Positions 39,215 through 53,206 of a stretch of 64,000 bases of DNA are shown one piece after another. The notes beneath the pieces were generated by a model. That model was not told where the DNA came from. It worked only from the letters and a program-made list of their open reading frames with translations, and searched no databases. Each line of letters starts with the position of its first letter. Position 1 is the first letter of the stretch. Source of the stretch: Mesotaenium endlicherianum (taxonomy: Eukaryota). The translations under genes were made by a program, and so were the position numbers. Where the stretch lies: the NCBI GenBank assembly GCA_009602735.1, contig WELA01001020.1, positions 152,403 through 216,402 of the forward strand. Reading direction: 5' to 3'.

Positions 39215-40477
39215 TGAAATGAATCTTGCTTATTCAAGATTAATATATTTCATTTGAATATAAAAGATCAGAGATAGGTGGAAGCGTGTGAAATCAGGGA
39301 GCGATCTTCGCCCTTATAATGAATTCCATTTACTCATCTATAACCCTTGACTCACTTATCGTAGTGTGCCATAGTTGCACACGAATACAAGGCACAAGAA
39401 AGAGGCGAGCTTGAGGACTAGAGCTTCTCCTTTAGAAACTCCTGACCTCTTGCCTACGAGGCATACAAGCATGTGTAAGCACATACACAACATCAGGGGA
39501 CTGAATAACAAAGGCGCTCTCATTCAGATGACCATAAAGTAGCTCAAACACATCCCACTGACTTAGGTGCGAAAACCATGGAATCTGTCCACTGTGTGAC
39601 CCCAAAATGTCAAAGGGCATAACTCTGTCAATACCACTTCAAATTGCGCAAACTTAACGGCAACGGATGCATCTTGACAAGACCTTTCCGAAAAGTTCTA
39701 GTTCGCTCCATTTGGAGCGCAAACGAAGCAGCCATGTCAATTTCTGTGAAGGCTGGTCATTAGAACGAACCCAAAAAGTGCACACATCACTTGCAAGTAG
39801 AAATCCGACTGTAAAGCCTACTGTCCAGAATGAGGGACCACGAGATCCCAGCCTGCTATGTACCTAGTGACCACCTGGTTGACCACGGCGCAAGGTGCGC
39901 CGTTTCGTGGGAAACCCGTTCAGTTGGGACCCACGGATCTAGGTATAACGACCATATTAATTGGTCGGTTGACTGAAGTCCTAATTGTTCAGATGACTGA
40001 CAACGGCTCCGCCTACCCAGGAGTTAACCACACTGGTAGGACATCGGCTTACCGAATCTCAGTCGACCTCCCGACTTTCAGTATACTACGGTCACATGTG
40101 CCAATCTACAAATAACAATCTAAATGAATATGTCTATCCTCACCGTACTAAAGCTAAGTATATTGACTAATATCAAGCGAGCTTACTATATGTCAACCTA
40201 CTGATATTATATCCTATGTATAATTGATATATAAATCTCAGCAAACTACACTATGATACAAAAGTCATCCTGCTGACCTTTTCAACAAAGTCAGCAAACT
40301 ACACTATGGTACAAAAGTCATCCTGCTGACCTTTTTGACAAAGTAAGTAAACTCGCATTACATCGACATACATTCATTTAGATGAACTCGCACATGTGAG
40401 TACATAGACCTAATACTTTTTTAGTGTTATATTTATAAATGCAATTAATTATATTGATAATGAACTGATTCATTACA
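39215..40477 (-). mobile_element. Solo LTR, family A, copy 2
   Basis: Same termini; TSD TTCTT (39210-39214 / 40478-40482). Confidence 0.92.
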
Positions 40478-41281
40478 TTCTTCGCGCTCCGTCTTCTCCT
40501 TTTCTTTTGTATCTTTGTCTTACGCTTTCTTGACAACGCGATACGAGCCGAAATGAGGCAGCTTCAGGCAGGACTTGTGCCTTTTGCAGGCATCACACAT
40601 TATTCTCTCGAGAATGCCAGTGCTTAGTCACGGCGCTTAGTTTACATGCCGTCCTTACTTAGCAGCCTTCAAACAGCTTCGAAGTTGTCACCCAGCATGC
40701 ATGCATGCCTTGTGACTGTTGCGCGAGACTGCCTAGCCTTTTAGCTGGCAATCATGCCTAGGTGGCTGGCGGCTGGCAGCGTTTGAGATGAATGCTCAAG
40801 CTGTGCTTAGTTACTTGAGGGTCTTGGCCGAGGTGGCACACAACGCCTTTGCAACATCCCTGCTGTACTTGACTTAGATAGCCAATTGATCCGCACCTTT
40901 CTTGGCACTTGTTGGGCTGGCTTATTACTGGTTCCAGGCCCCCAGCCTTTTGGCTGACTACTTCGTCCAAATTTCCATCCATCCGTGGGTGTGGGATTTG
41001 ACGTGTCGTGACCACTTTGACAGTGACGGCGACTTTGACATACCCGTTGACTGAGATAACTCAATCTTTTGGTCGGTGAGTCAACGCTGACTTTCCGTAC
41101 CTGGTCCACCGTGACTTGCGTTGAGCGTGTGGCACCGTCCAGTGGTTGGCAATCGCGACAAGGATTTTCTATGAGTCATAGCGGTGCTTGTAGCACCATG
41201 TCCTCTATTCGCACACACTGTTTGCTCCCTCCTCAATTCCAACGTTTTGTTCTTCACCCTCTTCAATTGTCGCTGGAAATT

Positions 41282-42545
41282 TGTAATGAATCAGTTAATG
41301 ATATATTTAATTGATTGCATATATAAAAATAACACCAAATAAGTATTATGTCTATATACTCACATGTGCGAGTTCATCTAAATGAATGTATGTCGATGAA
41401 ATGCGAGTTTACTTACTTTGTCAAAAAAAGTCAGCAGGATGACTTTTGTACCATAGTGTAGTTTGCTGACTTTGTTGAAAAGGTCAGCAGGATGACTTTT
41501 GTATCATAGTGTAGTTTGCTAAGATTTCTATATCAGTTATACATAGGATATAATATCAGTAGGTTGACACACAGTAAGCTCGCTTGATATTAGTCAATAT
41601 ACTTAGCTTCAGTACGCTGAGGATAGACATATTCATTTAGATTGTTATTTGTAGATTGGCACACGTGACCGAAGTATACTGAAAGTCGGGAGGTCGACTG
41701 AGACTCGGTAAACCGATGTCCTACCAGTGTGGTTAACTCCCGGGTAGGCGGAGCCGTCGTCAGTCAACTGAACAGTTAGGACTTCAGTCAACCGACCAAT
41801 TAATATGGCCGTTATACCTAGATCCGTGGGTCCCAACTTAACGGGTTTCCCACGAAACGGCGCACCTTGCGCCGTGGTCAACCAGGTGGTCACTAGGTAC
41901 ATAGCAGGCTGGGATCTCGTGGTCCCTCATTCTGGACAGTAGGCTTTACAGTCGGATTTCTACTTGCAAGTGATGTGTGCACTTTTTGGGTTCGTTCTAA
42001 TGACCAGCCTTCACAGAAATTGACATGGCTGCTTCGTTTGCGCTCCAAATGGAGCGAACTAGAACTTTTCGGAAAGGTCTTGTCAAGATGCATCCGTTGC
42101 CGTTAAGTTTGCGCAATTTGAAGTGGTATTGACAGAGTTATGCCCTTTGACATTTTGGGGTCACACAGTGGACAGATTCCATGGTTTTCGCACCTAAGTC
42201 AGTGGGATGTGTTTGAGCTACTTTATGGTCATCTGAATGAGAGCGCCTTTGTTATTCAGTCCCCTGATGTTGTGTATGTGCTTACACATGCTTGTATGCC
42301 TCGTAGGCAAGAGGTCAGGAGTTTCTAAAGGAGAAGCTCTAGTCCTCAAGCTCGCCTCTTTCTTGTGCCTTGTATTCGTGTGCAACTATGGCACACTACG
42401 ATAAGTGAGTCAAGGGCTATAGATGAGTAAACGGAATTCATTATAAGGGCGAAGATCGCTCCCTGATTTCACACGCTTCCACCTATCTCTGATCTTTTAT
42501 ATTTGAATGAAATATATTAATCTGTAATAAGCAAGATTCATTTCA
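41282..42545 (+). mobile_element. Solo LTR, family A, copy 3 (inverted relative to copies 1 and 2)
   Basis: TGTAATGAATC...GATTCATTTCA; flanks AAATT/GAATT match 4 of 5. Confidence 0.88.
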
Positions 42546-45500
42546 GAATTTTATCCCGAGATCAACCACTAAAAACGTAGGAATATGCTGCATCTTCCAA
42601 AACAATCATTGACTTGCAGATGGACAATATTGATTTCACTAAGCATGGTTTGAAATGTTTAAGAAAGTTTCTCACTATTTCCGGGTACTTAGCAATTTGA
42701 TGTGCTCGTTCAACTGTTGGCGCCGCGCTCCATTTGCCGGCAGTCACTCGTGCACTCTTGCAAACAGTCTTCTCTGCTATGACGACGTCGTAGTAGGATC
42801 TTGGCGCACTCATCTTGGCCATCTAAGCTTTAAGGAGAGCAAGTTTAAAACTCAAGTTGAAAGGGACAGAGTGCCCTAGTGGAAGCGTAGTAAGTCACGA
42901 GGAAAGGAACTAGTTGCAATCATACTAAAGAGTGCAGCGGCATATCACTAAGAAAGCTTAGGAAAATTATCCAACATTTTGAGTAGCAAGAAACTGCTCA
43001 CAAATGATGTAAGATGGAAGGCCTTGTGATTACAAACCCGTTGAAATTTACAGTAAGTGAAAACTGATAAGAAACAAACAAGTTATGCCTATTTATAATT
43101 TTCTGCCCAAGTGCTTCTCTCTAGGAGGAAGCTACAAAATTTCCTTAGTGTTTGTCAGATCGTCCCTTCCAGAATATTTGTGAGTAGGCCAGATCAATCT
43201 CATCTGACGTGTCGGGCCGAATTGACGTCCACATACATGTATCGACATTACTAGAATATTCTATCTTAGACGCGCTAGGCTAAATCGAAACTTTTAGGTA
43301 AATCGACCTAGTCGGCACTCCGCGTCAGCCGAACTTACGTGAAGGTTTGAGTTCACTCTTACGGGCCAGATCGCTCGATACTGTTGGTCAATGCGACGGT
43401 CGCGCTCACCGCAAATTAAGGACAGTCGTCAACCGACCTCAGAACTAAATAAACTTTGGAAAATCCATCTCTCTCTCAATACTTAACCAAATTCGATGAA
43501 CTTTATATCAAAATAACCACAAAAATGCACTCTAGAGTTCTATGCAATTAAAACATACTTTCAAGAAACTAAAAAATGCACCTTATAAACCTATGACCTT
43601 ACACAAGTCGTCATATTCTTGATTGCCTTTGCGGCAATCACTGTTTCCCTTGTCCTTCTTTTTCTCCTTGTCTGCCTCTGGTGTGGCAATATTAACACAT
43701 GGAGGCTCTCAGTGCGGGTTCTTGGACCAGCATTCAATTTCCAAATGGCCCTTCTTGCTGCAAAGTGCACATACATGTGCTTTGCTTGCAACCAATTGCT
43801 TTGCAAAAAGAAAAGAGCAGTCTTACCTTCTGAAAATCCTGCTTTTTGTAATTCAAATTATTACTCAAAGTTTGACCCATTCGCGTACTTGGCAACCTTT
43901 TTAGATGATCCATTCTTCTTTTTGAGAGAAAATAATTGGATCTGAGGCCTTAGGAGCAAAGAATTTATCGTTCTTATCTGGCGCCATTAACGTTCTTGAG
44001 ATCTCTTTGTACCATATCTTACCTTCCTCAATATATTTGCCGTTTTGACGACTTTGATGATTGACCAGTCGATTCCCCTTCGGGCCGAGTCCCAACGGGT
44101 TTGGTTGGACTTGCTCATCTGTTCCTTGTTCAAGGGCAACAAAAATTTGTCAGTAACAATCTAATGTTTATAGATTCCTACCTTATGGGCGAGATCTTCC
44201 AATTTGGACTAATACTCCATGACGATCTCATTCTTGCAACAATCAAAATGGACACGGCGATGTAATTGGATGCTGTGATCTTCAAGAAAACGTACCTCAA
44301 GCAATTTGAAGAATTGACGCAAGCAATAGATACGAGCTCAGCTGATCATCTCCAACTTCCATTTCCCCTTTGGTATCAAGTCGACGCTTCCGCATGATTG
44401 GATGCAACAGCTTTTTTTCTGGCCGCAGAAGAATCAGCATGCAATAAGCGCGAAGTATATTCTTAGCTTGTTTCAATAGAGTCGACAATTCGGTATAGAG
44501 TCCTAGCTGTCTCTCTTTGAAGCCTTCAACGCTCTCGTCTGTGATTGTGGTCATTTGAGTTGTTTCCAGATGCCTTAATACAATAGCCAAGTTATCTGTC
44601 AAAGCAATCGGTTTGTCACCGTGTCACAAAGGTCAATGGACCTCGTCACTTCTCCTGTTGACATAGCAGCTAGCTTGGCTTTTGCAACTCCTTTTTCAAG
44701 TTCTTGGTTCTTTATATTCCAGATTTCCCTTTTTGGAGTGAGTTGTTCATCCTTCCAGAATTGTTGATGAAGCAACAGAGCATCATTGAACACTTATTGA
44801 ATCAAATTGATGAATTCAACAGAGCACGAGCATAAGGCATCTTTCGGGATTTTCTCAAAAGAATCCACCCCGAAAAATCCTTCATCTTTTTTCATAAGTA
44901 GACGTATGAGAACTTATTAGCCGTTCAACCGTTGAAGCATTTTAGCGACAACTTAGCTCCGAGATTCTCATCTCTTTTATCATTAGTCATCTTGGTTGGT
45001 GACCAATACTACCTGACTTTGACCCAAGCGTTCCGCAATCTGCTTAACTATAATACAGAAGATCGCTTGCTATAATGAATCTCAGCGTTCGTAACTTCTT
45101 TCAACCATTCGTGACTCGTCTTCCAACGTTTGTGCATCTCACGAGTTGTCAGGTAGGTCAAGCGCCTTACTTTCTTGTGGACTTTCGCTTTCTTCATAAC
45201 CTTGCTCAAGCTCCACATGTTGGTACATTCTACCACTCTTCAACGCCATAAACAATTTAATTTTGTTTGCCCCCTTCTCAAAGTTAGCTGGTGCAGATTT
45301 TGCAGGTCCAATTTCCAATTTCCTAGAAAAATATTATTAAGCTGAGAAGCAATTTAATAAAAAATTATCAAAAATAGTGCAAAAACATATACTTCTATGC
45401 AGCTTCTTTATCCATGTTGATGTTGACGCGTTCACAAAAGTTGTAGTTTGCAAAAATCTGTTACGCAAATGTGGAAAGAGTCAGGATTTTGGTAAATCAA

Positions 45501-45900
45501 GCTTTTGGTTCACTTTCTAAAATGCTTGCAAATTTTTAGACCTATAGCAACCTATGCTAGTTTGGCCGGGCCAATTTGCCCTTAATCACGCTTACCAATT
45601 TCCACCGCAAATTTAACTTTCCCTTTTTTCCATTGTGAGTTTTTTTAAAAACAACTGCTTTTGCATTAAAGAGATTTTTGGAGAACTTTGACTCTGAACA
45701 ACAACTCACTATTTCATGTGCACAGTTTGTATGTCGTAGAATTTGTCCTAAAATCTCCTAGCAGATCAAATCAGCAATTATTTATTTTTATCAGGGAGTC
45801 AATCGTTTCTGGAAACTCTGAAGCTTTAACTCTTGCATAAAATTGGACAGGAAGAGCAAAGAAAATTTGATATTGTCAACAAAGACGTAGGGCTCTGGCT
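42546..45900 (-). mobile_element. Older, more degraded copy of the gag region of the DNMT-element family
   Basis: MALKSGRMY (~45250) vs MRLRSGRLY; GKIWYKEISRTLMA vs WYKEASRTLMA; YYDVVIAEKTVCK vs YYDADVAEKTVCK; MEVGDDQL vs MEAGDDQL. Confidence 0.8.
42841..43590. mobile_element. ~750-bp non-coding insertion (possible solo LTR) splitting the older gag copy
   Basis: Homology to 36970-37010 breaks here and resumes at ~43591. Contains TATAAATAG on the minus strand (~43088-43097). Termini are degenerate. Confidence 0.5.
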
Positions 45901-47116
45901 ACTTGAGTGCTCTTTCTCCTTTGCGCCCTTCCTCCATTTCATACTCTTTTTTGGAGATGAAAAACCAAAATGATGTGAGAATGTGTTTGCTCGTGCCCTA
46001 CTCACTTACCTGCATGCAAAATGTCTAGTTATGACTTGGGTCAAGCTCAAGCTTGCGTCATCAAGGCTTTTCACACTGCCTTGTATGTAAAGTTGCGCTT
46101 GACTGTCTGGCTCCTCACCCCTTGGCTGGGCTTGCGTGGCCGTCAAGTTGGTGTGCATTATCGTTGCAGGCATGCAGTGGCAGCTCCGGTAGTGGACCAA
46201 GTCCTATAGGGGCCTTCCACTTCGACACCGTCCTGGCTTGGCAGGTGCCCTCATGGCCATAGTTGGCCTCATTGTGGGTAGTCTTATGACTTACATGGCT
46301 TGCACTTCCCACGCATCCAAGAATATCGGGATTTGCTCATCCTGTATATGTCACTTTGCACGTGTGGATCGGAAAAAGACCCTGGTCCTGTGCTGACGTG
46401 GCCAAGTCAAGTTGGCCTGGTCTGCTGGAGTAAACGGTCGCTGCGGCATACTTTCGGCAGGCCTGCGCCACAACTTTCGCCACGCGTGTTAGGTCGTGAA
46501 TTACTGACAGTCACGGCAACAAAGGCAAGGACGGGGCAAGGAGCTCGTGATACTCCTGAGCAGGCCCCAGGATTCGACAAAATCCTCGGATGTCGGCAAC
46601 ACCCTGGCAGTGAATATTAGGATCTCATCCGACACCCAACTTAAAATGAAGGGTTTTAAGAGTCATCCTCGTGCCGGTCAAAAACATACCATTTCACGGA
46701 AAGATAAATTAAGTACAATTGTACGGATAGCAGAGGGCGGCAAAGGTCTTCAATAGACTTTTTGATAATATGGGCTTCAATCTTCAAGCTCACGCGTGTC
46801 AAATCATTTGAAGGTCTTTGATATATCCTCCATACATAATAATATTTATTTTTGCTTTCGTAGTGTAAGTTAAATTTTATAACATTCATCTTGACCACAA
46901 ACTTTTTAATTTGCATGAACCTCTTAAGGAATTATTACGAACAATAAGATGGTAAATGAGACACAAACAACACAAATCAAGCGCATGGTGCTGCCATACA
47001 TAAACAACAAAAAAAGCAGTGGAGAAAGAATGTATAAATAATTTGCAGAAAATAAATGTCTACAAAGTCACAGTTGCCACATGTGACGAATAATGCACTG
47101 CATCTCAATGAATAAA

Positions 47117-48270
47117 CTATTGTACACTACGTAATTTCAATGCAATCCATGCTTGGTAGATAGCATCAAACAAAGCATCCGTTTTATTGTCGACGACCTC
47201 TTGAGCTTCACTTGAGTTCTCTTTCTCTGTAGAAGTCAAAGAAATCCTCATGAGCTTTGCCGAAGTGTTGCTGCTCAGACCTATCCTCTTTGATGTCTTG
47301 ATGAGGTTCTGTTTGCTGAATCCCCGCTCACACATGGCTGTGTTGGTGGGAATAACTCTCATGAGCTGCATCAAAGCCACCATATCTGGACATTCTCGCA
47401 AGGCTTGAGAACCTTGCGAGAAGTTTCTCCATGCACCCTCCATAGATGGCTGACCCTCAGCCAAGCTTCTCATGAAAGACACAAAAGCAGGCAACTGCTC
47501 ACGGCACTGCTTGATCCTCAAGACCTTAGCCCCATCAGTCACATTCTCTGTGAGAGATCGTATCAATCTCTCAAACCATTCAAAGCACTTTTTCCTCCCT
47601 CCATCTGCTGCCGCAATATAGTGAGAGGGAACAAAGAGCTTGGCACTATTGAAGGACCCCAACATCCCTCTATCGTGCATTGAAGGAATCCACCAAGTTC
47701 CCGCACAAGAGAGCAACAACAGCCTTAACTGAGGCTAAGCTAGCTCGCTCTCAAGGGTTTGTTGCTCTCTGCATGCTCAGCTCATGCTCTATGCAAACAC
47801 CCTGGGAGTTCTGGGATACAAGTACGGGACTATCACCATTGATCGTATCCTGCAGAAATGCCCTCAAATGTGTACTCCCCTCAGCGCATTCTTCTCCTTC
47901 AATGAGATAGCTAACTTTGATGAAGTCAATGAGCTGCTCAATTGATGCCCCTATCTCAACAAGATTGACTTGATCAGCTTGGAAAAGCTTGTTCGAGACG
48001 TCAATCTTTGGAAGGACATCTCGCAAGAGTTTTAGAAGCATAACAGCTCCCAGTTGCACACCCTTGCATACAACTTGTCCTTTCCAGAACTCCTCAATAT
48101 TGTAAGGATGGCAAGCAACACTCTCCCCAATCGTTCCACAGCAGCCCCTCTTGACAGCCAACGGACGGAGAAGAAACGCTTTGGACTCAACACAGAAAGC
48201 TTCATCTCTTATTGTATCTCCTTGAGAAGGTTCAGACGCTTAGGAGATCGCCCCACAAACTCAGTGATCT
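47117..48270 (-). pseudogene. hAT-superfamily transposase, C-terminal part (frameshifted)
   Basis: RFFSVRWLSRG, DVLPKIDVSNKLFQ and the hATC dimerisation motif IPTNTAMCERGFSKQNLIKTSKRIGL. Acceptor ttgcAG at ~48270; the upstream (CA)-rich intron is cut by the LTR at 48531. Confidence 0.8.
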
Positions 48271-49364
48271 GCAAAGTAATAACATTCACCCAACATTGAA
48301 CACAATGTCCCAATGTGTGTGTAGAAGTTTGTGTGTAGTGTGTGTGTAGAAGTTTGTGTGTAGGTGTGTGTGTGTATGTGTGCCTAGACCTCACACACAA
48401 AATCCCATATCCTAAAACTTGAGCTACAAGTAGCCAATGTGTGTGTGTGTATGTGTGCGTGCGTGTGTGTGTGTGTGTTTGTGAGTGTGTGTGTGTGTGC
48501 ATGCAAGTTAAATGTACAACACTCAAACGTTGAAATGAATCGACTTACCAATTAGGCGATTAACAATTAATAAAGATCTTTATATCAGCAAACAATCTTT
48601 ATGGTATTTTCCGTTATTTGAATTAACAGCAAAGGACCACACACTAGCAGTGAATAATACTTGTAAGTCAAATGCAAGCAAACTAGCATCAATTATGCAA
48701 TCAGTAAACTCATACATAAGCAAGGTTGGAAGACAGTGCGTATCAATGGCTTCTAGCCTTGGATTCAGATCTCTCTGAGTAAGCTGCACAAGAGAGTTGG
48801 CCTCGTTTCCGAATGCCAAACTTGAGAGCAATGCCTAGCATATGTAGAAGGAATGAGTTTACTGTTCAACGGCCAGTGCGATGGCACCGCCTACCCGGGA
48901 GTTAACCACGTTGGTAGGACCTCGGTTAAGCAAATCCACCGCCATCTCCCATCATCCCGAATCGCCATCCATCGTAGGGATGTCATCTGGCCATTAATCT
49001 AGCATACCACACTTAGATGCATATCAAGGCAGTTCGCTGCTACCGAGTACGGAAGTCAGCTGGCTGTCAAAGAATGTGTCAGCAAGCTGACTTAAGTTGG
49101 CATCAGCCTGCTGCTTCCGGCTGAGTCCTTAAAGTGATAATTATGTAAAGTCCAGCAGACTCAATACTACATGAAGTTCAGTAGGCTGAACATGATTAAC
49201 AATTATATTTAAAATGAATATTATATCTACTAATATACTGATTCATTACAATTCCTCCAACTTAACTTGTTGTTGCCTCGACAACATTAAACTGCATAAG
49301 TTTTTGGTCAGGTAACTGAACCTGACCAGCCTCCCCCACTGGCTGCTTTTTCAGCCTGTCACCT

Positions 49365-51531
49365 AGGGGATTGTTCCTGGGGCTTCAGGATCAGGGGACT
49401 AAGATCTGGACCTAGATCTGGACAGCCCTCTAGGTTTGTCAGCTGGCCTTCTGAAGAACCCCGTTTGTTCTAAAGTTGGACCTCGAGGAGAACGAAGGAT
49501 GGTAGCCTGCTCTTCAACCACTTGGGTGTTGATCCCCACATGGACAGGCATTCCAGTAGGGTGCTGAAATACATTGGCAAGAGGTACATGCCCCTGAGCG
49601 AAGGGAGAGGCCGGCATACCTCTGGCCACCCCGCGTGTCCCTCTTCTGGCACCCCTGTCCTCTGGAGATTTCTGCCTTTGTCTGCTGCCAAGTACAGTCA
49701 GATGAGCTTCTTCCCCTGCTTGGGGAGGTGGGCTGGGGGAGCGAGTGCGCAATTCAGTTACTTCTATGGCCGGAGTCAAATGCCATATTCCTGATCTCGG
49801 ACCCTGAGGAAGCCCTGCTCTTGCCTGCCCCTGGGTGTCCTGAGTACCAGGTCCTGATGCTTCTCCTCTGCCTTGTTCTTCTTCCTCATCCTCCTCATCT
49901 TCCTCCTCTGAGAGGGTAGGAGTCTCGTCCACTAAGTCGTCCTGCTCCCTTGTAGACATGGAGTAGTCTACTGACCTCCCTTTCTTAGGGCGCGCCGGAG
50001 GTTGCTTGGCCTTTAGCCTGCTGATATCTATCCGGCTTGCATTCTTTGCCCATTTGACAAAAGCATGCTTTCCCTTAGAGAAGTAGTCTCTCCCCCTCCT
50101 CCTGTGCTCTTTGGTCTCTGCATTCATATTGCTCAGGCAGCCATTCAGCTTGGGGTCCCAAGGGGCAATGTGAGGTGGTAGGATGAGGTAGCCGTCCATG
50201 TAGTGAAACAGATAGATAAAGTACTTAGTAGAACAGAATACTTTATCTATTCAAGACAAGGATCTTTGAACACAAGTGGTAGCTTCTTTGAAAGAGAGAT
50301 GGCTTCTTGAAAGTTTAAGTACAAGAGTGATTCTCCCATGTCTTTCTATGTTCTAGCCCTTGTTTATATACTTGCTACATAAGTAATTTCTAGGAAGGTG
50401 TATGTTGATGTGTTGGCACCCAACACATCCCAAAACTTGCCACCTCTTTCTAGAATAATGTACACATGTCCTTTTGACCTAAAAATGGCACATCTGACTT
50501 TTGCCACATGGAGTTCTACTAGGTCTTTCCTCTAACTTCGAAAGTGCCTTGGAAGGTTCAAAGGACATGAACCAAGTTACTAGAGTACCTATTCACACTT
50601 GACTCCACACAATACTACTCCAAATATATTTGAAAACATTAAAATATATGCAAACTAATATATAATAACTCAAATCACTACAGTCCAGGCCATCGTGAAA
50701 GTCATCCGGTTGGGCTCGATCACACTCCTGCTTTTTGTTTGTGACGGTCATCTACGTCCAGTCTGTTGGCTGTTGGTAGTACTGGGGTCCATGCTTAGCC
50801 TTCCTCAGTTTACACGGGAACCAATGGGGAGAGAACATCTGCTGTCCTGCTTCCCTGGCCAAGTACTCCCAGCTCCTCCTCTCAACTTCATTGTAAGCTG
50901 GCAGTAGTGTGAGGTAGATAATCGTATCCGTAAAGCTATCGGGCCGCATGCTCACCATCCTGATGAGTCTCTGATCTCTCACTATTCCCGGTATTGGGAC
51001 CGGCTTGTTCTCTGAATCATATGCAAGATACCGGGCCTGCTCTGCTGTATAGCCCACCATCTTGGCATAATCTTCGTAGAGTACCACACCAGTGTGTGTC
51101 TCAATGTACCTATCCAGTGCTGCAGCTCCTTGCCTCTGTAGCAGTGTTGTTTGTTCCAGCTTGTTGATCTCTTGGGCTGCCAGCAATGCTTCCTTCAGCT
51201 TATCAAAGTTTTGGCCACCCACCACAGTATACCTGTAAGTGGCCAAGCTCTTATGCCTGTCCGCTTCAGCCTTTTTCCTTCTCTCCTCCTCTGCCGCTGC
51301 CGCTTCTTTTTGTTGTTTCTTCTGTCTCTCCTCCTCAGCTTTCCTGAGGTTTTCTGCTTCTTGATCCTTCTTCCTCTGTGCCTCTTTTGCCGTCTCTTGT
51401 TGTCTGCGGACCCTTTCTTGCTCTCTTCTGGTGAGGGACGTTGCCGCCAGCTCCTTCTGGTATTGCTCCATTGTCCTCCTGACTTCTTCTGCCTTGCGCT
51501 TTCTGTCCTCCTTTTGTGTGGTGGGAGCCAT
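49365..51531 (-). pseudogene. Disrupted copy of the family-B extra gene (intron-less 5' leader)
   Basis: Close homolog of 53207-54883; TAG stops at 50752-50754 and 49399-49401; split by the solo LTR at 50199-50682. Confidence 0.88.
50199..50682. mobile_element. Solo LTR (family C), 484 bp
   Basis: TGTAGTGA...TCACTACA terminal inverted repeat; TSD GTCCA (50194-50198 / 50683-50687). Confidence 0.92.
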
Positions 51532-53093
51532 CCTTACAGGTTGATTGCTAGGAGTTGACGTAGTTGCGGTGCGCTAGACATAAACGAGGTCCTTTTTCTT
51601 CCGCCCAAGGTGCTTGATGTGGGCCAGGCTGTCCCATCTGTCACTATGCTGACACTTAGGATCTTAGGATTCACGAATTTGTCCCTTTTTCGCTCTCGCA
51701 CACTTACTGTCATTACGAAACTGTCCCTTTCTCGCTTTCGCACACTAGCTGTCATATATTTTCCCCTCCAACTTAAATGGAGACAGGACCTCCTGTCACC
51801 TTCTCGTGTCAACTGAAATGACCGTTATGGAGGGGCTCTAGCCGCCCGAAGGTGGAACCGTTTCCACGCCCCTTTGGCATTGGTCAAATGGTCCTTAAGT
51901 TCCCAAGTGTCCCCAGAGGCATCGTAACCTTTCCATCGAATGAGGTACTTCATGACATATTTAGACGATCGACGGACCGAGCGCGCGTCTAAAATCTCCT
52001 CAACCTCATATTCCTCAGGGTCACCGTCCCGGACAGCTGGGACCGGTCCCGGTTGGACAGGTAACCGACCCGTGAACAGTGTGTCCCTGTGATGAATCTG
52101 TTCATTACTTATTTAATTAATTGCATATATAAATATAACACTAAATAAGTATTATGTCCATATACTCACATGTGCGAGTTCATCTAAATGATGTATGTCG
52201 ATGTAATGCGAGTTTACTTACTTTGTCAAAAATGTCAGCAGGATGACTTTTGTATCATAGTGTAGTCTGCTGACTTGTTGAGAAGGTCAGCGAGATGACT
52301 TTTGTATCATAGTATAATTTGCTGAGATTTGTATATCAGTTATATATATGAAATGAATCGACTTACCAAATAGGCGATTAACAATTAATAAAGATCTTTA
52401 TATCAGCAAGTAATCTTTATGGTATTTCCGTTAACTAGTTAAACGGCAAAGGACAATACACTAGCAGGGAATAATACTCGTTAGTCAAATGCGAGTAAAC
52501 TAGCATCAATGATGCAAATTAGTAAACTCATACATAAGCAAGGTTAGAAGACAGTGCGTATCAATGGCTTCTCGCCTTGGATTCAGAGTTCTCTCAGTAA
52601 GCTGTACAAGAGAGTTGGCCTCGTTTCCGAATGCCGAACTCGAGAGCAATGCCTAGCATATGTACATGGAATGAGTTTACTGTTCAACGGTCAGTGCGAT
52701 GGCACCGCCTACCCGGGAGTTAACCACGTTGGTAGGACCTCGGTTAACCAAATCCACCGCCATCTCCCATCATCCCGAATAGCCATCCATCATGGGGATG
52801 TCATCTGGCCATTCATCTAGCAGGTGGTACTTAGATGCATATCAAGGCAGTTCGCTGCTACCGAGCACGGAAGTCAGCTGGCTGTCAAAGAATGTGTCAG
52901 CAAGCTGACTTAAGTTGACTTCAGCCTGCTGCTTTTGGCCGAGTCATTAAACTGATACTTACGTAAAGTTCAGCAGACTGATTACTAACTAAAGTTCAGC
53001 AGATTGACTACTAACTAAAGTCCAGCAGGCTGAACTACATTAACTATTATATTTAAATGAATATTATATCTACTAATATACTGATTCATTACA

Positions 53094-53108
53094 ATCCCTC
53101 CAACTTAA
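53094..53108 (-). promoter_or_regulatory. Polypurine tract abutting the 3' LTR
   Basis: TTAAGTTGGAGGGAT immediately before TGTAATG. Confidence 0.75.
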
Positions 53109-53206
53109 CTTGTTGTCGCCTCGACAACATTAAACTGCAAATGCTTTAAATAAAGAAACTGACCCTGACCAGCCTCCCTTACTGACTATCTTTTCAGCCT
53201 GTCACC

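Larger units (their letters stand above)
31270..41281 (-). mobile_element. Decayed DNMT-carrying retroelement (gag - protease - C5-MTase - unknown extension - RNase H fragment) interrupted by two solo LTRs; true ends not visible
   Basis: Collinear minus-strand ORF fragments from ~38625 to 31270. The sequence resumes across the solo-LTR insertions via their TSDs. Confidence 0.7.

Noticed and set aside
40220..40335. ~53-bp tandem repeat in LTR A as a possible CRISPR-like array
   Set aside because: Only 1-2 units with no spacers; an ordinary LTR sub-repeat in a eukaryote.
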